Shown: piece after piece, positions 36,431 to 49,187 of the stretch
Layout: each line of letters begins with the position of its first letter
Position numbering within the stretch: the first letter of the stretch is position 1
DNA from: Eutreptiella sp. 'Long Island Sound 2002'
Taxonomy: Eukaryota; Protista; Euglenida
Assembly (NCBI GenBank): GCA_964036045.1
Contig: OZ038378.1
Coordinates: forward strand, 113,522,001-113,586,000
Length of the DNA: 64,000 nt
Direction of reading: 5' to 3'
Made by a program: the position numbers and the translations under genes
Notes under the pieces: generated by a model
The model's input: the letters and a program-made list of their open reading frames with translations, nothing else
Told to the model about the DNA's origin: nothing
The model's database searches: none

Positions 36431-38640
36431 CCATTGATGATGGGGAAAACGACATCGTGTGTGAGTCCTGTGCTAGCACGTTTTTTTTTTTGGGGGGGGG
36501 GGCGCCTAGTCTCACTTGAAGCGGCACCCCTTTTGTGGATGTGGACTTTCTTGTGGCACATGTTGCTTGTTTGGCGATCGTGAACGGGCATCACGTATTT
36601 TTTCCTCTTTTCAGCTGTTTGATCCATGATTTGAGCTTCAACTTTTCTTCGAGTGATTTGAACTCCTAGATATCATGGAGCTTCGGCTCGTGCTCCGACT
36701 CAAACGGTATTTGGAATCTCCCCTTAGATTTTTTTCCAGCTTTGCCCTCAGCTTCAACTCTCTCTTTTGCGTACACAAGAACCACCACCACCTAATGCTT
36801 AATGGTGTTGCGCGCATCACGCAATTGATCACCAAACTCTTCTTCTTTTATTCCATTGCAGTGCTTTTGCAAAGATTTCCGTTTTATGGAAACTCACGAC
36901 TTCATGAATCTCTCTCTTCTCAAAAGAACCTTTCCGATGATAATACTTATGGTAGACGGCCACATATGAAGAACGCTCTGCTTCTATAGTATGTTGATTG
37001 TCACCATGTTGTTTCAATTGCAAGCCGAGAGCAGGATTGGGAATCGGGCCTCGTTCACAAGCAAGAGCAATGGAAAAATGAGAATGGTGACTTTTGACTT
37101 GCACCTTCTTTTGGAGCAATTTGGGCACACGTGTAGACAATTTTTTCATCATATTCCTTTACGTTTTTTTGTTTTTGGGAAGCTTTGTCAATAACAATAT
37201 CTTCTTTGATTTGATCCATGATAAAAGAGTGGTTTTGAGGATCCAAGCAATTGTCGCAAAGCCATAGTAATTTGTGTTCCGCTTTTTCGCAATGTGGGTG
37301 TTTCTCCAAGTTGCGCCAGTAAAAAACGAAAGATGGGCACAATACATTAGTATTTCATGGATCCTACAATGAGGCTGTTTGGGGTATTTGGTGTTCGACA
37401 GGGCGGCACTGGACAAAAACTCATTGTTAGGTAGGCGAAAATTGTAGCTATGCAATCGCGCGCGGTCGCACATCGCAAAGCAAACAAAGGGAAGCCTCAA
37501 CCAATGTACTGCAGGCGACATGTAACCCAAGCGGAATCGGTAATGATGGACACGAGTTCTGAACTTGAAAAAACCCCTCATCAATCCATAATGCTGCACT
37601 GGATAGGATACTCACATAGCCGAACATGGCATTAAAAAAAAACTAAAATGAAATATGAGCCACAGCGTTGCATAATGTCACGACAGCGGACAAATGTTAT
37701 CGTGCTTTTTGCAGGACGCGAGCTCGATTTGTGGTCTCTTTTACCGATGGTGTATCTTAGTCATTTGAGTTTTGATGTCTTGGCGCTTGGTAGTCTACGG
37801 GTTATGCCTTTTGTCGATTTGTTTCTCCTATCAATTTCGTTGGTGCAAGGTTCTTTTTTCAAGACCACAGGTGCAACAACGTCCTTTCCATGGTGTAATG
37901 ATTATTCCCTCAAATATTATTCTCTTGGATCAAAGGGAAATGGGCGTGTGGGCTGCATTTGTGCTTAGCTCGCTTTTGTCTCTATTTACATCCGCGTCGT
38001 TTGTTGTTAGCGCGTGTTCCTTTGCGTTAAGCCATGCGCCTTTTTCCCCTTGCCCAGGGATTGGCAAGGCGCTGTTTGGGGCTCCCTATGCCCTCTGGAA
38101 ACCACCGTCCATTAAAGGTTTGCTGCATGCGTTTCACTCTTCTTTTAATCCTGTCTGCCTATGTGTGGGAGTATGCTAGTGGGCCCATTCAAGTCTACAC
38201 TAAGTTCATGAATTACTATCTTTGTCATGCACCAAGTCCATTTTTCTTTTTAGCACGATACAGAACCCAAGCTGAATCTGCTATGTATCACCGAGACCCG
38301 TTTGAGCTTCAAATGAGCCGTCATAAGTCCAAAATGCTGCAGTATGTGGAGAAATGGCATAAGTGGATGGAATGTTATAATATTAGCAGCAATATAAATG
38401 AAATGTCAACCACATAGTGGCATAGAATCATGGCAACTGAAATTCCCATTTTGATGTACGCGCCTCACGGTCGTGATTTGTGTTCTTTGTCCCAAATGTT
38501 GGCTTGCGCCTATCAAAGACAATACATGAGGGCTACTCATGCTTACATTTCATGTACGTCGCAAAGCAACTCAACAGACTCTTGTGAAGAGCTCACCTCA
38601 TTATTACGCTTTGCATAGGTGTTCAAGGAGTAACACATCA
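36430..38640. pseudogene. Decayed region homologous to 30.4-31.1 kb
   Basis: 37740-38200 is an inverted homolog of 30690-31110. 38455-38630 is a direct homolog of 30455-30630 (cctatcaaagacaatac...cacctcattattacgctttgcata). Confidence 0.6.
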
Positions 38641-39153
38641 GGCGGTACATTTGTTGAGGTTTGCTTCTTGCTGCGTCACCCATGGCAATTGCTTACTTCG
38701 GGTTTTTTTGGTACTTGAAAAGGGGTGATTTGGTGACATTGTGATAGTATACACGAATTAGTCTAGTTAATGCGAAGGACATTTTTTGGTACTCTCTTGC
38801 CCTCACAACGGCCGATGATGGCATTCAGGGAACATGCGAATTGACTACTTCCGCCATAAAAGCGTCCTTGTTCAGTGAAAAAGGATTTTTTCCCCTGTTG
38901 ACCCTGAATTTGTTTTAGTGGCACTTCTGTGATTGTTGTGTGAATATTTGGTCACCATGTGAGTACGTCCTAAACCACAGCGTGGCTTGTAGCACCGACT
39001 TAGCCCTCTTTGTGGGCCTTGTTGGCCCCCAAAAGTTCCTTTTTTGGGCGCGTTTGCACAACAGGGGCAAAGTTGGTTGGCCCATAACCGCCAAGCTGCG
39101 TTGAACCGCACCCTGGTCCCAATCCCTCCTTTTCTTGTATACGCAGCCCCCAA

Positions 39154-41150
39154 CAGGGGCGCGCCAGATCTCGAATTCCGGACGTCATGCTAGTTTTGGC
39201 ACACCCCCCGAATTTTTCGGCACGTCCAAATTTAGTGTTTTGGGGACAAAGTAAACCCCCTTTTTTCATGAGAAAGAGGTAGGGGTGAGGTAGCCACTTC
39301 TTACTTTGTTCCCCTTTGTTTGGGGATCCCCGAGAATGCAGACTTAGCATTTGCGCCCTTTTTGGGGCCCCGGAGGAGGCACGGATAAGGCAGCCACTTC
39401 TGATTTTGTTCCCCCTTGTTGGGGAGCACTTCTGCTTTTGCGCCCATTTGTTGGGGATCTCGGAGAATGCAATTTTGCCACCCACTTTCTTTCTTGTGTT
39501 TTTTTTTTGGACCGCCACGCTTTGTTGCGTGGCCCTTTGAGTTGGGGTTGGGTACTCGCAATCCACGCTTTGTTGCGTGGCCCCTCCAGTTATGGTTAGG
39601 GACTCACAATCATGTTGCGCGGCCCCTCAAGTTGGGGTTAGGGACTCACAATCCACGCTCTGTTGCGTGGCCTCTCCAGTGGGGTTGGGACTCACAATCC
39701 ACGCTTTGTTGCGGGTTCCCTTGAGTTGGGGTTATGGACTCACAATCCGCGTTTTGTTGTGTGGCCCCTCGAGTTGGGGTTAAGGACTCACAATCCACGC
39801 TCTGTTGCGTGGCTCCTCGAGTGGGGTTAGGGACTCACAATCCACGCTCTGTTGCGTGGCTCCTCGAGTGGGGTTAGGCACTCTCAATCCACGCTTTGTT
39901 GCTTGTCCCCTCGAGTTGGGGTTAGGGACTCACAATCCGCGCTGTGTTGTGTGGCCCCTGGAGCTGGGGTTAGGTACTCACAATCCACGCTTTGTTGCGT
40001 GGCCCCTTGAGTTGGGGTTAGGGACTCACAATCCACGCTTTGTTGCGTGGCCCCTGGAGTTGGGATTAGGGACTCACAATCCACGCTCTATTCGTGTACA
40101 TGTTCCTCATCCCGATGTGGCAACCCCATCGGACCATGGTGGTGACATGTCTGGGCAAAGGAAAACGACAAGCAGTGTGACTGGCAACCCCACCAGGAGG
40201 AGCAGGTCGCGACCGACAGCGGAAGTAGCAGCGAGGAAGACCACGAGGATGAGGAGAGCAACCCGCAGAGCACTAGCGAAAGCAACTCCGTATCATCTTC
40301 GAGTTCATCATCATCGTCAAGATCATCATCTTCTTCGCCATCGAGTTCAGTTGGTTGCTTGGTGCAAGGGACCGACCGCACCAAGCGCCATAGCAAAACA
40401 GCAGCAGCAAAACAAAAGACTACCGCTACGCACCAAAGTAGGAAGCAGCAACCCGTGAAGGGTATGCACAATCGAATTGTGACGCAACCGGCACCCAACA
40501 GTCGGGAAACTAAGCGTGGCAGATCGTGAGCTAGACATGGCTAGGTTACCTTTGAGAGTCCTACATGATCTTGCAGCGGTGTGAACGCCCTCCCTTGTCA
40601 GTATGGATATATTTGTCATGGATGTCAAGGACAACCTCTTACCCCACTGCTTTGTTGCTCGTGGAAACGGTCGTTGTGGGGGTGCGGGGCCATGCCTAGC
40701 CTTTGAAGGATCAGCCCAAAAGTGACAACTGTTATGAGGTATCAACGCTGGAAACCGTCGTTGTGCGGGTTTGCGGCTCAGCCTAGCACTTGGAGGATCC
40801 GTTGGCGGTGCAGAAGCTTGTAGTCTTTGGGGCCGTGGACTGCTTGTTTATCGACGAGCGCCTCCCCGTGGCAGCGGGTTTGGGCGAACCAAGGCACCCA
40901 AATTTTGTTGTGGTGAGGGCCTAGAGTGGAGGACCCCCCGTGAATGTTTACCCCTTAGGCCATCGCGTCCCTGCCACCATGTTGCGTTGCTTGAAGCAAA
41001 ATATTTTCACCCTTCGTTAAAAACTGCTGGCTATTTCAGCGGGGCCAATTTTAGTACCACATTTTGTGAACCCCCCCTTGGTGTTTTTGTACCCTCCCAA
41101 AGTAGCGAAAACAGCATGACGTGCAAAATTCGAGATCTTGTGCGCCCCTG
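39154..41150. mobile_element. Non-autonomous hAT-type DNA transposon (1997 bp)
   Basis: 38-bp TIRs starting CAGGGG (39154-39191 and 41113-41150, 33/38 match). Flanking 8-mers gcccccaa / gcccctaa form a TSD with one mismatch. Confidence 0.85.
39515..40088. repeat. 48-bp minisatellite, 12 units plus a partial unit
   Basis: Consensus ccacgctttgttgcgtggcccctcgagttggggttagggactcacaat. Unit starts at 39515, 39563, 39611, 39653, 39699, 39747, 39795, 39842, 39889, 39937, 39985, 40033 and 40081. Confidence 0.97.
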
Positions 41151-44100
41151 GCCCCTAAACACTAACAGGCACTACGTGCAAGTTCACTAGATCCCCCCCC
41201 CCCCTCCCGTTTTGTGCCCCACCGCTGAGGTTTAGACCAACAAGGGCTGACAATCGGAGTGCACAAAGCCATGGTCAGCCATATACCACCCATCACCCCC
41301 TCTTAGTGGTGCTTTTTGTTTGTCCTTTTAGGTATTGGTTCCTCTAAAAGCCACAAGTTTGTTGGCTTATTGCCGCCAGTGTGCATTTATTCAAATTTTG
41401 GTTCCTTTCCGTTTTTTTTCTTCAACATCTTGGGAGGCCTAAAGTTACCACCGGCTGGGCAGCTTGCGTCTAGCGATTTGTTGATTTTTTAGTATGATAA
41501 TTTTGGGGCGATTTTTGTCACAGTTTGACTGCCATGTCAACGTCAAAGGCATCGATGGGTTTATTTTCAGCACAACGGATGTTCTTGATTTGTGAGAAAA
41601 CAACGACCCCAGAAGGATTTGTTCTCCATTTCATTCGAAATTTTGCTACGTTTTTAAATTCTCTTTGTTTTGCGCCATTTGTTCACATAAACGAGGGAAC
41701 ATTTTATGCCACCGAGTGTTTCCTGCTTTGAAGTCCTTTTTATGTGCCCGAGTATTTGTGAAACTTTTTTTATTATTTTTTTTGATTGTTTGACTATTGA
41801 TGGTGCGTGACGATCGTGAGTAGCATAATTCATTACTGAATAGTATGTGTTGAATCGTTTTATGATTGATCCTAATTGGATATTACTTGGATCACCGATC
41901 TTGTGCTACAACGCAATGTTGTCGCCCATGAAGCCTTCAAATTTATTGAAGCATTGATGTTGCCCGTGGTGATACTGCCCAATTGCTTGCAGCATGGGTT
42001 TTGCCCATAATCCACAGCAATTGCCCCGTGGGACCTCCTTACAACCCCCAGCTCATACGACCCTCGCATTGCCGTAGCAGCTGCCCACTGCCCACATACC
42101 AAGCACTACTAACACACAGCCCCAAGGACACACAGGTGACATCCCCATGGGAGCCCCCAACATGGGTAGGCCCCCGCATCATAGAGACGCATCTGCATGC
42201 AGCAAGTGGGCCGGCTCCACACGTCTCCTCCACCACACTCAGAAGACTTTGTTGCTAACCTTGGCGACAACACGCAGCCCACTCGCCACCAAGGCGAAAC
42301 CGCCTCATGGCTAGTGCTTTGGCAACAAGCACACGGGAGGGACGGCGAATAGACATTCAACACGACCCCACAACACGGCCCACCCATGACTAGCGCCACC
42401 AACCGCCCACTGCCCACACGTTAGGGCCGTCCCTCCTAGGGACATGCACACATAAACCCACACGGCCCTAATGCCACCACCAACAATTGCCTTACATGTA
42501 CATACCAAGACCAGTTACAACAAAGCCCCGAGGGCGTGCACCACATGGCCCCAATGGGCCACATGGTACCTCCTTGCTTCGACAAGCCACGCAACATTGC
42601 GTCAAACTTTGAAACGACATGAGACATGACCCCATGGAACCATGTCAACACCACCCATCCACACACAACAAACGCGTTCGGCAACTTGACACCCACACAT
42701 CAAGATACCCCCTCTCCGCAAGACGTGCACCCGCCACATCGTGGATCTGTCCAACAATGCAAGCCACCCACCACACATAACATGTGGCCCCATGGGACCT
42801 CCCCAACCCGCCCCCCCCCCCCCCCCCCAAGGCCCCATCCCTACGACAAGTGCGTTCGGCCGCCCGCTAGAGCCACCCAACCACTTGTGTCATCGCCAAC
42901 ACCCGTGGCACGTGACCTGTTGGACACAATGCCAGGGGGCACCATAGCCTAAACCCAACATGTGGCGCAGGCTCGGCTCTGCTAAGCCGGCTAGCTGCAC
43001 CTGTGGGCCTCGACCCCTAGCCCATCCGCATAACTTGTGGACCACCCCGTTGAGATAAGGAGCTCCCCGCACGCAAACACATCCCCACCATTTGGAACCC
43101 TTGCTCCTCCCGTCAAGCGGACCCCCCCCCCCAATCGCATAGTATGTCCTCTTTCCTCTCGCCCATGTTTGCCGTCCCCACTTGTTTTTCTTCCGGTGAC
43201 AGGCTGCTATGGGATATGGGCACATGCATTTCTTGTGTGCACGAGGTCCGTGCTTTGTGCGTGCAACAAGGGCGATACTTCAAATGTTTGTGTGGTGTTT
43301 GCAGTGTACCACCGGCTGATTGAATGTGGGCATGCAAGTTATGTAGAAACCATCTTTATGACACATGAATAGGGCATGTGTCATTTCAGATTGAGGTGGT
43401 GTGCAAGGCATGCACACACTACGCCGGAAAGCTGTGGAACAACACAACCATTCCAGTTTGCGGTTTACACTGTGGGTCCCTAGGGTTGTAGGAAAGCGAT
43501 GGTGCATCAAGCACCGTTGTTGTTGCATTGGCGGCAGTTCTTTGCAACGCTGTTTGGGCCTGTTCAACCCAATATTTCGCTTTCCAAAGCATGTTGGCCC
43601 ACTTGCCCACCTTTCTCGGGATGCCGAGCTAGTTGGCGGTATGTTGCATCATCCTACCATTTTGCCTTCTCGTTTGGCCAAGTTGTGCATGCAATGGCCG
43701 TTCCAATTCGATCCGCGCTAGTATTTTTAGGGCTAGTGTGTGACATCTCTATGGATCTTGCGAACAGGAGGGAGCACATCTACAGCCGAACCATGCACAT
43801 CAGGGACATTCATGGTGCGTTCCTTGGCTTGCAAGAGTTGCAAACCGGCTTGTGTTGTTGCTATTTTTGTGGTGTACAAGCAAACCACAGTGTGCAGGAT
43901 GGCCTCTTGCGGTGTTGGTTGGCCACATGTCGTTATTTTTTTGGGATGCTGTACTTGGGATGCTCCTGCTGTTTCATCGTGGTCATGCCGGTATAGGCCA
44001 ATTGCCATTGGGCCGATCTGGCCTTCTGGCACGCCATGGCTTGGACCCACAAGTTGTTGGACTTGGTGGCAATTGCCATAAATGCCGTGATTGGTTGCTA

Positions 44101-44869
44101 TCGCAATGCCCTTGCTCGTTTGCGAAATTTACGATGGTTGGCCCTCAACCCGGAGATGCCACCCTCCTATATGGGTCATTGAGCCAACACCGCGAGATAC
44201 ATTTCTCGGACCGAGCACTTAATGCCCTCCTACCGCTTAGCCCAAAGCTCTGCAGCTCAGAACCGGCCAACAAGTATAGGTGCCAAGTTAGCCCCAAATG
44301 GCAAGTCGGGTGGGCGCCCATGGCTGCAACATGCTACTAGGGCTATGAGGTACACTTCATGCGGGGACTACCCACGAGCCGTTGTATAGCAATTATGGCC
44401 GCCTCGCATTGCAGACACCCCACCATGGTGTGCATCCTCCACTTGACTTAGCACTTCCTGCGGCTGTTGTCTTTTGTCTTCATTTGCGGGCTCCACTTTT
44501 TGCCCGATGTTGTGCAGGTATTCGGTGTCTACAGGTCTAGGGAGGGGTTATCTAGAGGTATTAGGCAGTGATAGGATTGTGCAAAAGCCATCTAGTTTCG
44601 GCGCAGGAGTTGTGAGGATGGGTGCATTGGGGTGTAGTGGTAACGAAGGTGCACGTAGTGCCAAGAGAAGTCCCAAATGGGAATCAAGCCCCCACCCCTC
44701 CCCCATCTTATCCTATCCTCAAACAGGCCTTTGCCAACTGCACCTATACAAAAAACAACAAACAAAGGTGAAAAGAACACAAACCCTCAAATAAGCCTTT
44801 GCCACCTGCACGTATACAAAAAACAACAAACAATCGTGAAAAAAACACAAAAAAACCTCTTTGTTTTCA

Positions 44870-45225
44870 TGGACCAACCCGTCAACCTGTCGAAAGCCTT
44901 GTGGATGGATCTTTATGGATGCTCTACTATTTGCAGCATGCCCGTGTACACGACAGCCCAGTGTGAAAAAGGACACGAAGAGGGTTTTGCTTGCCCTTTT
45001 TGCCGAACAACGTCCAATGCTTGGGGCGTCCAGATGGAAATGTTTTGCATTGTACTCTCCATCCTCTACGGGGGTTCATTTGCCGACGCACTAAATCGCC
45101 TTACGTGCCCAATCAAAAAACGAAGAAGACCATGGGACTCATCTTACACGCCGAGACCAATGCATCGAGTGTTACCCCACCCCGCTGCTCGTTACATCAA
45201 AGAACGAAGAAGAGCATGGGACTGA
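44870..45225 (+). pseudogene. Possible degenerate RING-finger-like ORF
   Basis: GCSTICSMPVYTTAQCEKGHEEGFACPFCR has C..C, C-x-x-GH and CPxCR but lacks the third Cys pair. Confidence 0.25.
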
Positions 45226-45339
45226 TCGCTATCATCCTGATGGAAATCCATTATGAGTGGTTGACACTGACCGTATTCATCACCTAGTGCAGCATCGTTT
45301 TCTGTGTGAAGTGCAGTTCGTTCAATGCCCAAGTGCATT

Positions 45340-45500
45340 GTGATCAAGTTTGGATAAGCTCATTTTCGACTTTTTTCTCATGCATTTTTGGTTGCAAAAT
45401 GGCCCATTTTCAAGGCATTTTGGCATTTTTGGGATGCCAAAACGGAGCACCACGAGCATAAAAGGGGCCCAAATTACCTGTTTCGGCATCCCAAGTGATT
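45340..45500 (-). repeat. Single unit of the about 162-bp satellite also seen at the window end
   Basis: Reverse complement of about 63750-63900 (cccattttcaaggcattttgg...ggcatcccaagt). Confidence 0.75.
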
Positions 45501-45579
45501 CAGGATCATTTTGTCAAAAAAAGTACCTTTTTTTTGCCCATGGTGGTCCCCATTGACCCATTTGGGCACCCCATGGTGT

Positions 45580-45975
45580 GGTCCCTAAGTCTGCCACTTG
45601 TCACCACCCGGTGACCACTAGTGCAGGTGTCTTGGCGTGCTTTTGTGCAATTTGGTCGGCGGTGAAACACAAAAAGTGGCAAGTTGGTGGTGGACTAGGT
45701 GGCCGTGGTATTGTGATTTGAACCATGCAGCTCAGGGCGCAGCCGATTCTTGCGGTTTGATGACAAGTGGCTTCTAGTTTGGTCCCTAAGTCTGCCACTT
45801 ATGACAACCCGGTGACCAGTGGTGCGGTTGTCTGGGCGTCCTTTTGTGCAATTTGGTCGGGGGTGAAACAGAAAAAGTGGCACGTTGGTGGTGGACTAGG
45901 TGCCCGTGGTATTGTGATTTGAGCCATGCAGCCGAGGGTACAACCGATTCTTGCTGTTTGATGACCATTGTCTTC
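45580..45975. repeat. 201-bp tandem duplication
   Basis: ggtccctaagtctgccactt at 45580 and 45781; the copies are similar along their full length. Confidence 0.92.
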
Positions 45976-46529
45976 TAATCTTCCTTGATCAAAATTCTCA
46001 TCCAATGCCTCCACAAGATGATTGGGATAGTAGCCCCTCGTGTGCAAGCGAATCTGTTGAGACTGCATTTCGGAATCAGACGACTCACTACTCTACACAT
46101 ATAGGCGTTTAAGGAGCGGGCAACGTGTGATTAAGGTTATTTTGTCGCAAAGTCGCGGTTTGTTGGCCGTGATTCGATTTTCTCGAGGTTGGTATGGATT
46201 TCGTTGACAAGTTGATACCCACCTATTTTGGATATGTACAGTTCGAAAATCAAGGTCCCATGGCCAAACGAAATAGTGGCAGGGCCGTGCAAAGTAGGGA
46301 AGTTCGTTGGTTTTATCTAAGAAGGATGGTGTCCCTAGCAAGCTGCAACCAACAACCGGCCAGGCCTGCATCTCCAACATATCATTTTGGGAACGACAAT
46401 AGGGGGGATATAAATTTGTGCATTGTGATGTGCGGAAACCATAAAAGGAAGAGTTCAACGTGAACAAGACAATATGTTCGAAAATCTTCCATTTGGCGTC
46501 AAAAAGGTCACATCCTCCTCTCCGATTGA

Positions 46530-47601
46530 ACGGGCTATCATCGCCATGTTTGGACATCCTAGGCCACAAACACCCATTTTTTGGGCAGAGATGCAGCCCC
46601 ATACCAATCAGTTGCACCATGATCTTTCTCTAGTGACCCGGGGCAAACTTGCAGGCTGCAAAAATACAAACCTTTTTCCACCTCACGGCCTTACGCACTA
46701 GCAACTCTCGCTCTCCGGCAATCCCCCGTCCTGCTTGGTTTTCTACTACTTGTGGCCCCTTTCACGCCATGTTTGGCCAATCTGGGCTATGCAACCCGCA
46801 AAACACCCACATTGTGGGCAGAGTTGCTGCCCCATACCGTTTTCTTACACGACTTTTTTTTTTTGCAACCCGTGGCAAAGCCATAGATTGCAAAAGTACA
46901 AACCCTTTTACACCTCACCACCTTGGACTCTAGGAACTCTCACTCTCAGGCAGTCCCCCCCTACGATAATCCCCCCTCTCGCCAAGTTTTCCACTACTTT
47001 AGGCCCCTTTCACACCATGTTTTGTCATTTACGGCACATGCAACGTGCAAAACACCCACTTTTCGGGCAGATTTGCAGCCCCATACCATTGAGTTACATA
47101 TTTTTTTCTGTAGCCCGGGAACTCATTGATTCCAAAAATACAATTTTTTTTGGCATTTCGGCACCTTAGACACTAGCAAGTCTCACTCTCAGGCCATCTG
47201 CCCTCTCGCCAGCCTTTCTACTACTTGTGGCCCCTTGCACTCCATTCCTTGGGCATTCTGGCCCATGAAACCCGCAAAACACCCACTTTGTGGGTAAAGT
47301 TGCCGCACCATACCATTGAGTTACACCCCGTTTTTTCTTTGGTAACCCGTGGCAAACCCATAGACTCCAAAAGTACAAACCTCTTTCCACCTCACCACCT
47401 TAGACACTAGAAACTCTCACTCTCCGGCAATCCCCCCTCTCGCTTGGTTTTCCGATAGTTGTGGCCCCTTTCACGCCATGTTTGGCCATTCTCAGCCAAT
47501 GGAACCCACAAAACACCATCTTTATGGGTACAATTGCAGCCCCATACCATTGAGTTATACCATGTTTTGTTTTCTTTTAACGTGGGGCAAACCCATAGAT
47601 T
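46530..47601. repeat. About 235-bp satellite, 5 units; the fifth unit resumes at about 54075
   Basis: Anchor gcagccccatacc and variants at 46593, 46826, 47075, 47302 and 47536. Confidence 0.88.
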
Positions 47602-47723
47602 TTAGATCACGTTTTGATCTATGGTTTAGCTCTGCTTGTGGTGTATGTGTGTGTGTGTGTGTGTGTGTGGTGTGCATGCGTGCGTTTTGGTTGTAGAGCA
47701 TTTTTTGCTTTTTGACCCTGCAG

Positions 47724-48910
47724 GGCAGACGAGGGTCACACGTAGAGTCGAACTCCGTGATACTAGGAACTGACCCGGCGAGCAGTGATGTTAGTGTCAC
47801 ATTTTGCGGCATTTGCCAGGGGTAGTATTTGCTCCACCTTTATTGATTCTGTGCCCCTCATCGAAATTGCGAGGGCCCCTTGGGCGGTTGAGATGGCACT
47901 GTCGGTAAATTGCGAGGGCCACTTCGGAGGTTGAGATGGCACTGTCGGTGTTGATGGACAGGAGAAAGGAGTGGGAGGATACATTTACCAAGAAGTTTGG
48001 GGTGTCGGTGGATGGGTAGGTGGGGCTGCCCAAAATGATAGGGGGCTTTTGTGTAATGGCCCAGTGCATGCGGGTAATGAATTCCGGCAACCAACCCATC
48101 TCTTCCAATGCGCGCCTTGCGGATACCGCCCCTCTGAGGAAACTCCCGGAATACCCTAGGCCCCAAGGTGGAACAACTACCTGCAGGCCTCCGACTCTAG
48201 GCCATCGATCGGCGTGTATCTGACCCAAAGTGCCAACTTTCTGTAGTGGGGACAGTATCTACCCATGGTGCTCTTCGCCCAGGAGGATGCTTGCTAGGCA
48301 TCCACGGAGGTGATCTCCTGTGCCTTCCACGGCTGTCTCCACGCCGCCCATACCAGATGCCAGACCACGTCATCTCCATCCCGGAAGTCGGCCGGCTGCA
48401 GGACCACCACATGTTGCCGCGACTCGTTTGCCTGGCGCAACCGGGCAGCGCCCCCATTAGTCAAACCCCGGGCTCTCATGAAACCAATGGTGTTTCACAC
48501 CCGTCCCCGCACTTTTGCAAGCCCGGCACGCCGTCACTGGCGCACATGTCACATCCATTGGTTGTGCCCCAAGTTTTGTCGTGTACAGCCTACGGTCTCC
48601 CTCGACCTTGAACTTCTTTTTCATGGCAGCCAGCCGTCGCGCCACCACCTCTTCCTCCGCGGCTCCTGTACAGCCCTGCGAAGTCGCTGGCAAACTGGGT
48701 TCGTCGTCGTCCTCCTCTTTCTGGTTGGCTGCCCATTTGGGGTCAAGACCCCTTTTTCACTGATACGCAAACAAGGACGTTACTGTAAACGTCCACACCG
48801 CCAGGACGAAGGCTTTGAGCCTGTCGATCTCGTTGTCATCCATCGACTCCAAACGCCAGACCTCGGTGTCAGCGGCATCCAAGGCTTGATGTGGAAGGGG
48901 TGGGTTTTGT
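47724..48910 (-). pseudogene. gag end + N-terminal tyrosine recombinase fragment of a YR retroelement
   Basis: Minus frames read WRLESMDDNEIDRLKAF, CRACKSAGTGVKHHWFHE, SWAKSTMGRYCPHYRKL, RGAVSARRALEEMGWLPEFIT and LAISMRGTES (catalytic Arg region). A 43-bp tandem duplication lies at 47864-47949. Confidence 0.65.
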
Positions 48911-49187
48911 GAAGACAGCACCGCCCCCGACCCCGGCGCCTGAGCTGCAGGAGTTGAGGAAGTTGGTGGAAGACCAACGCATGGCCATGGAGGGGCTGAA
49001 AAAGGAGTTGGCGGAGGTCAGCGCAAAATCCTAAGCCGGGGCGAAAAGGAAGATGGCAGGTGTTCCCCCTTTGAGCAAGGCAGAGCTGCTGAAGGTCCGG
49101 GAATTGGACGCCAGCCCCAGTGGATGTATGCCAGCTTGCTGCCCCTTTCCACACTGCTGTTGCGCAGAGAGGTGCTTGCGCAGGAGT

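Noticed and set aside
39805-40458. 217-aa ORF with LELGLGTHNPRFVAWP repeats as a real protein
   Set aside because: The frame is open because the 48-bp unit lacks stops. Neighbouring units have 1-6 bp indels that break the frame, and there is no convincing start.
41870-44460. Possible further RT/YR remnants
   Set aside because: Only isolated weak matches (e.g. HCVKL, VDLSN) were found, with no ordered motif set.
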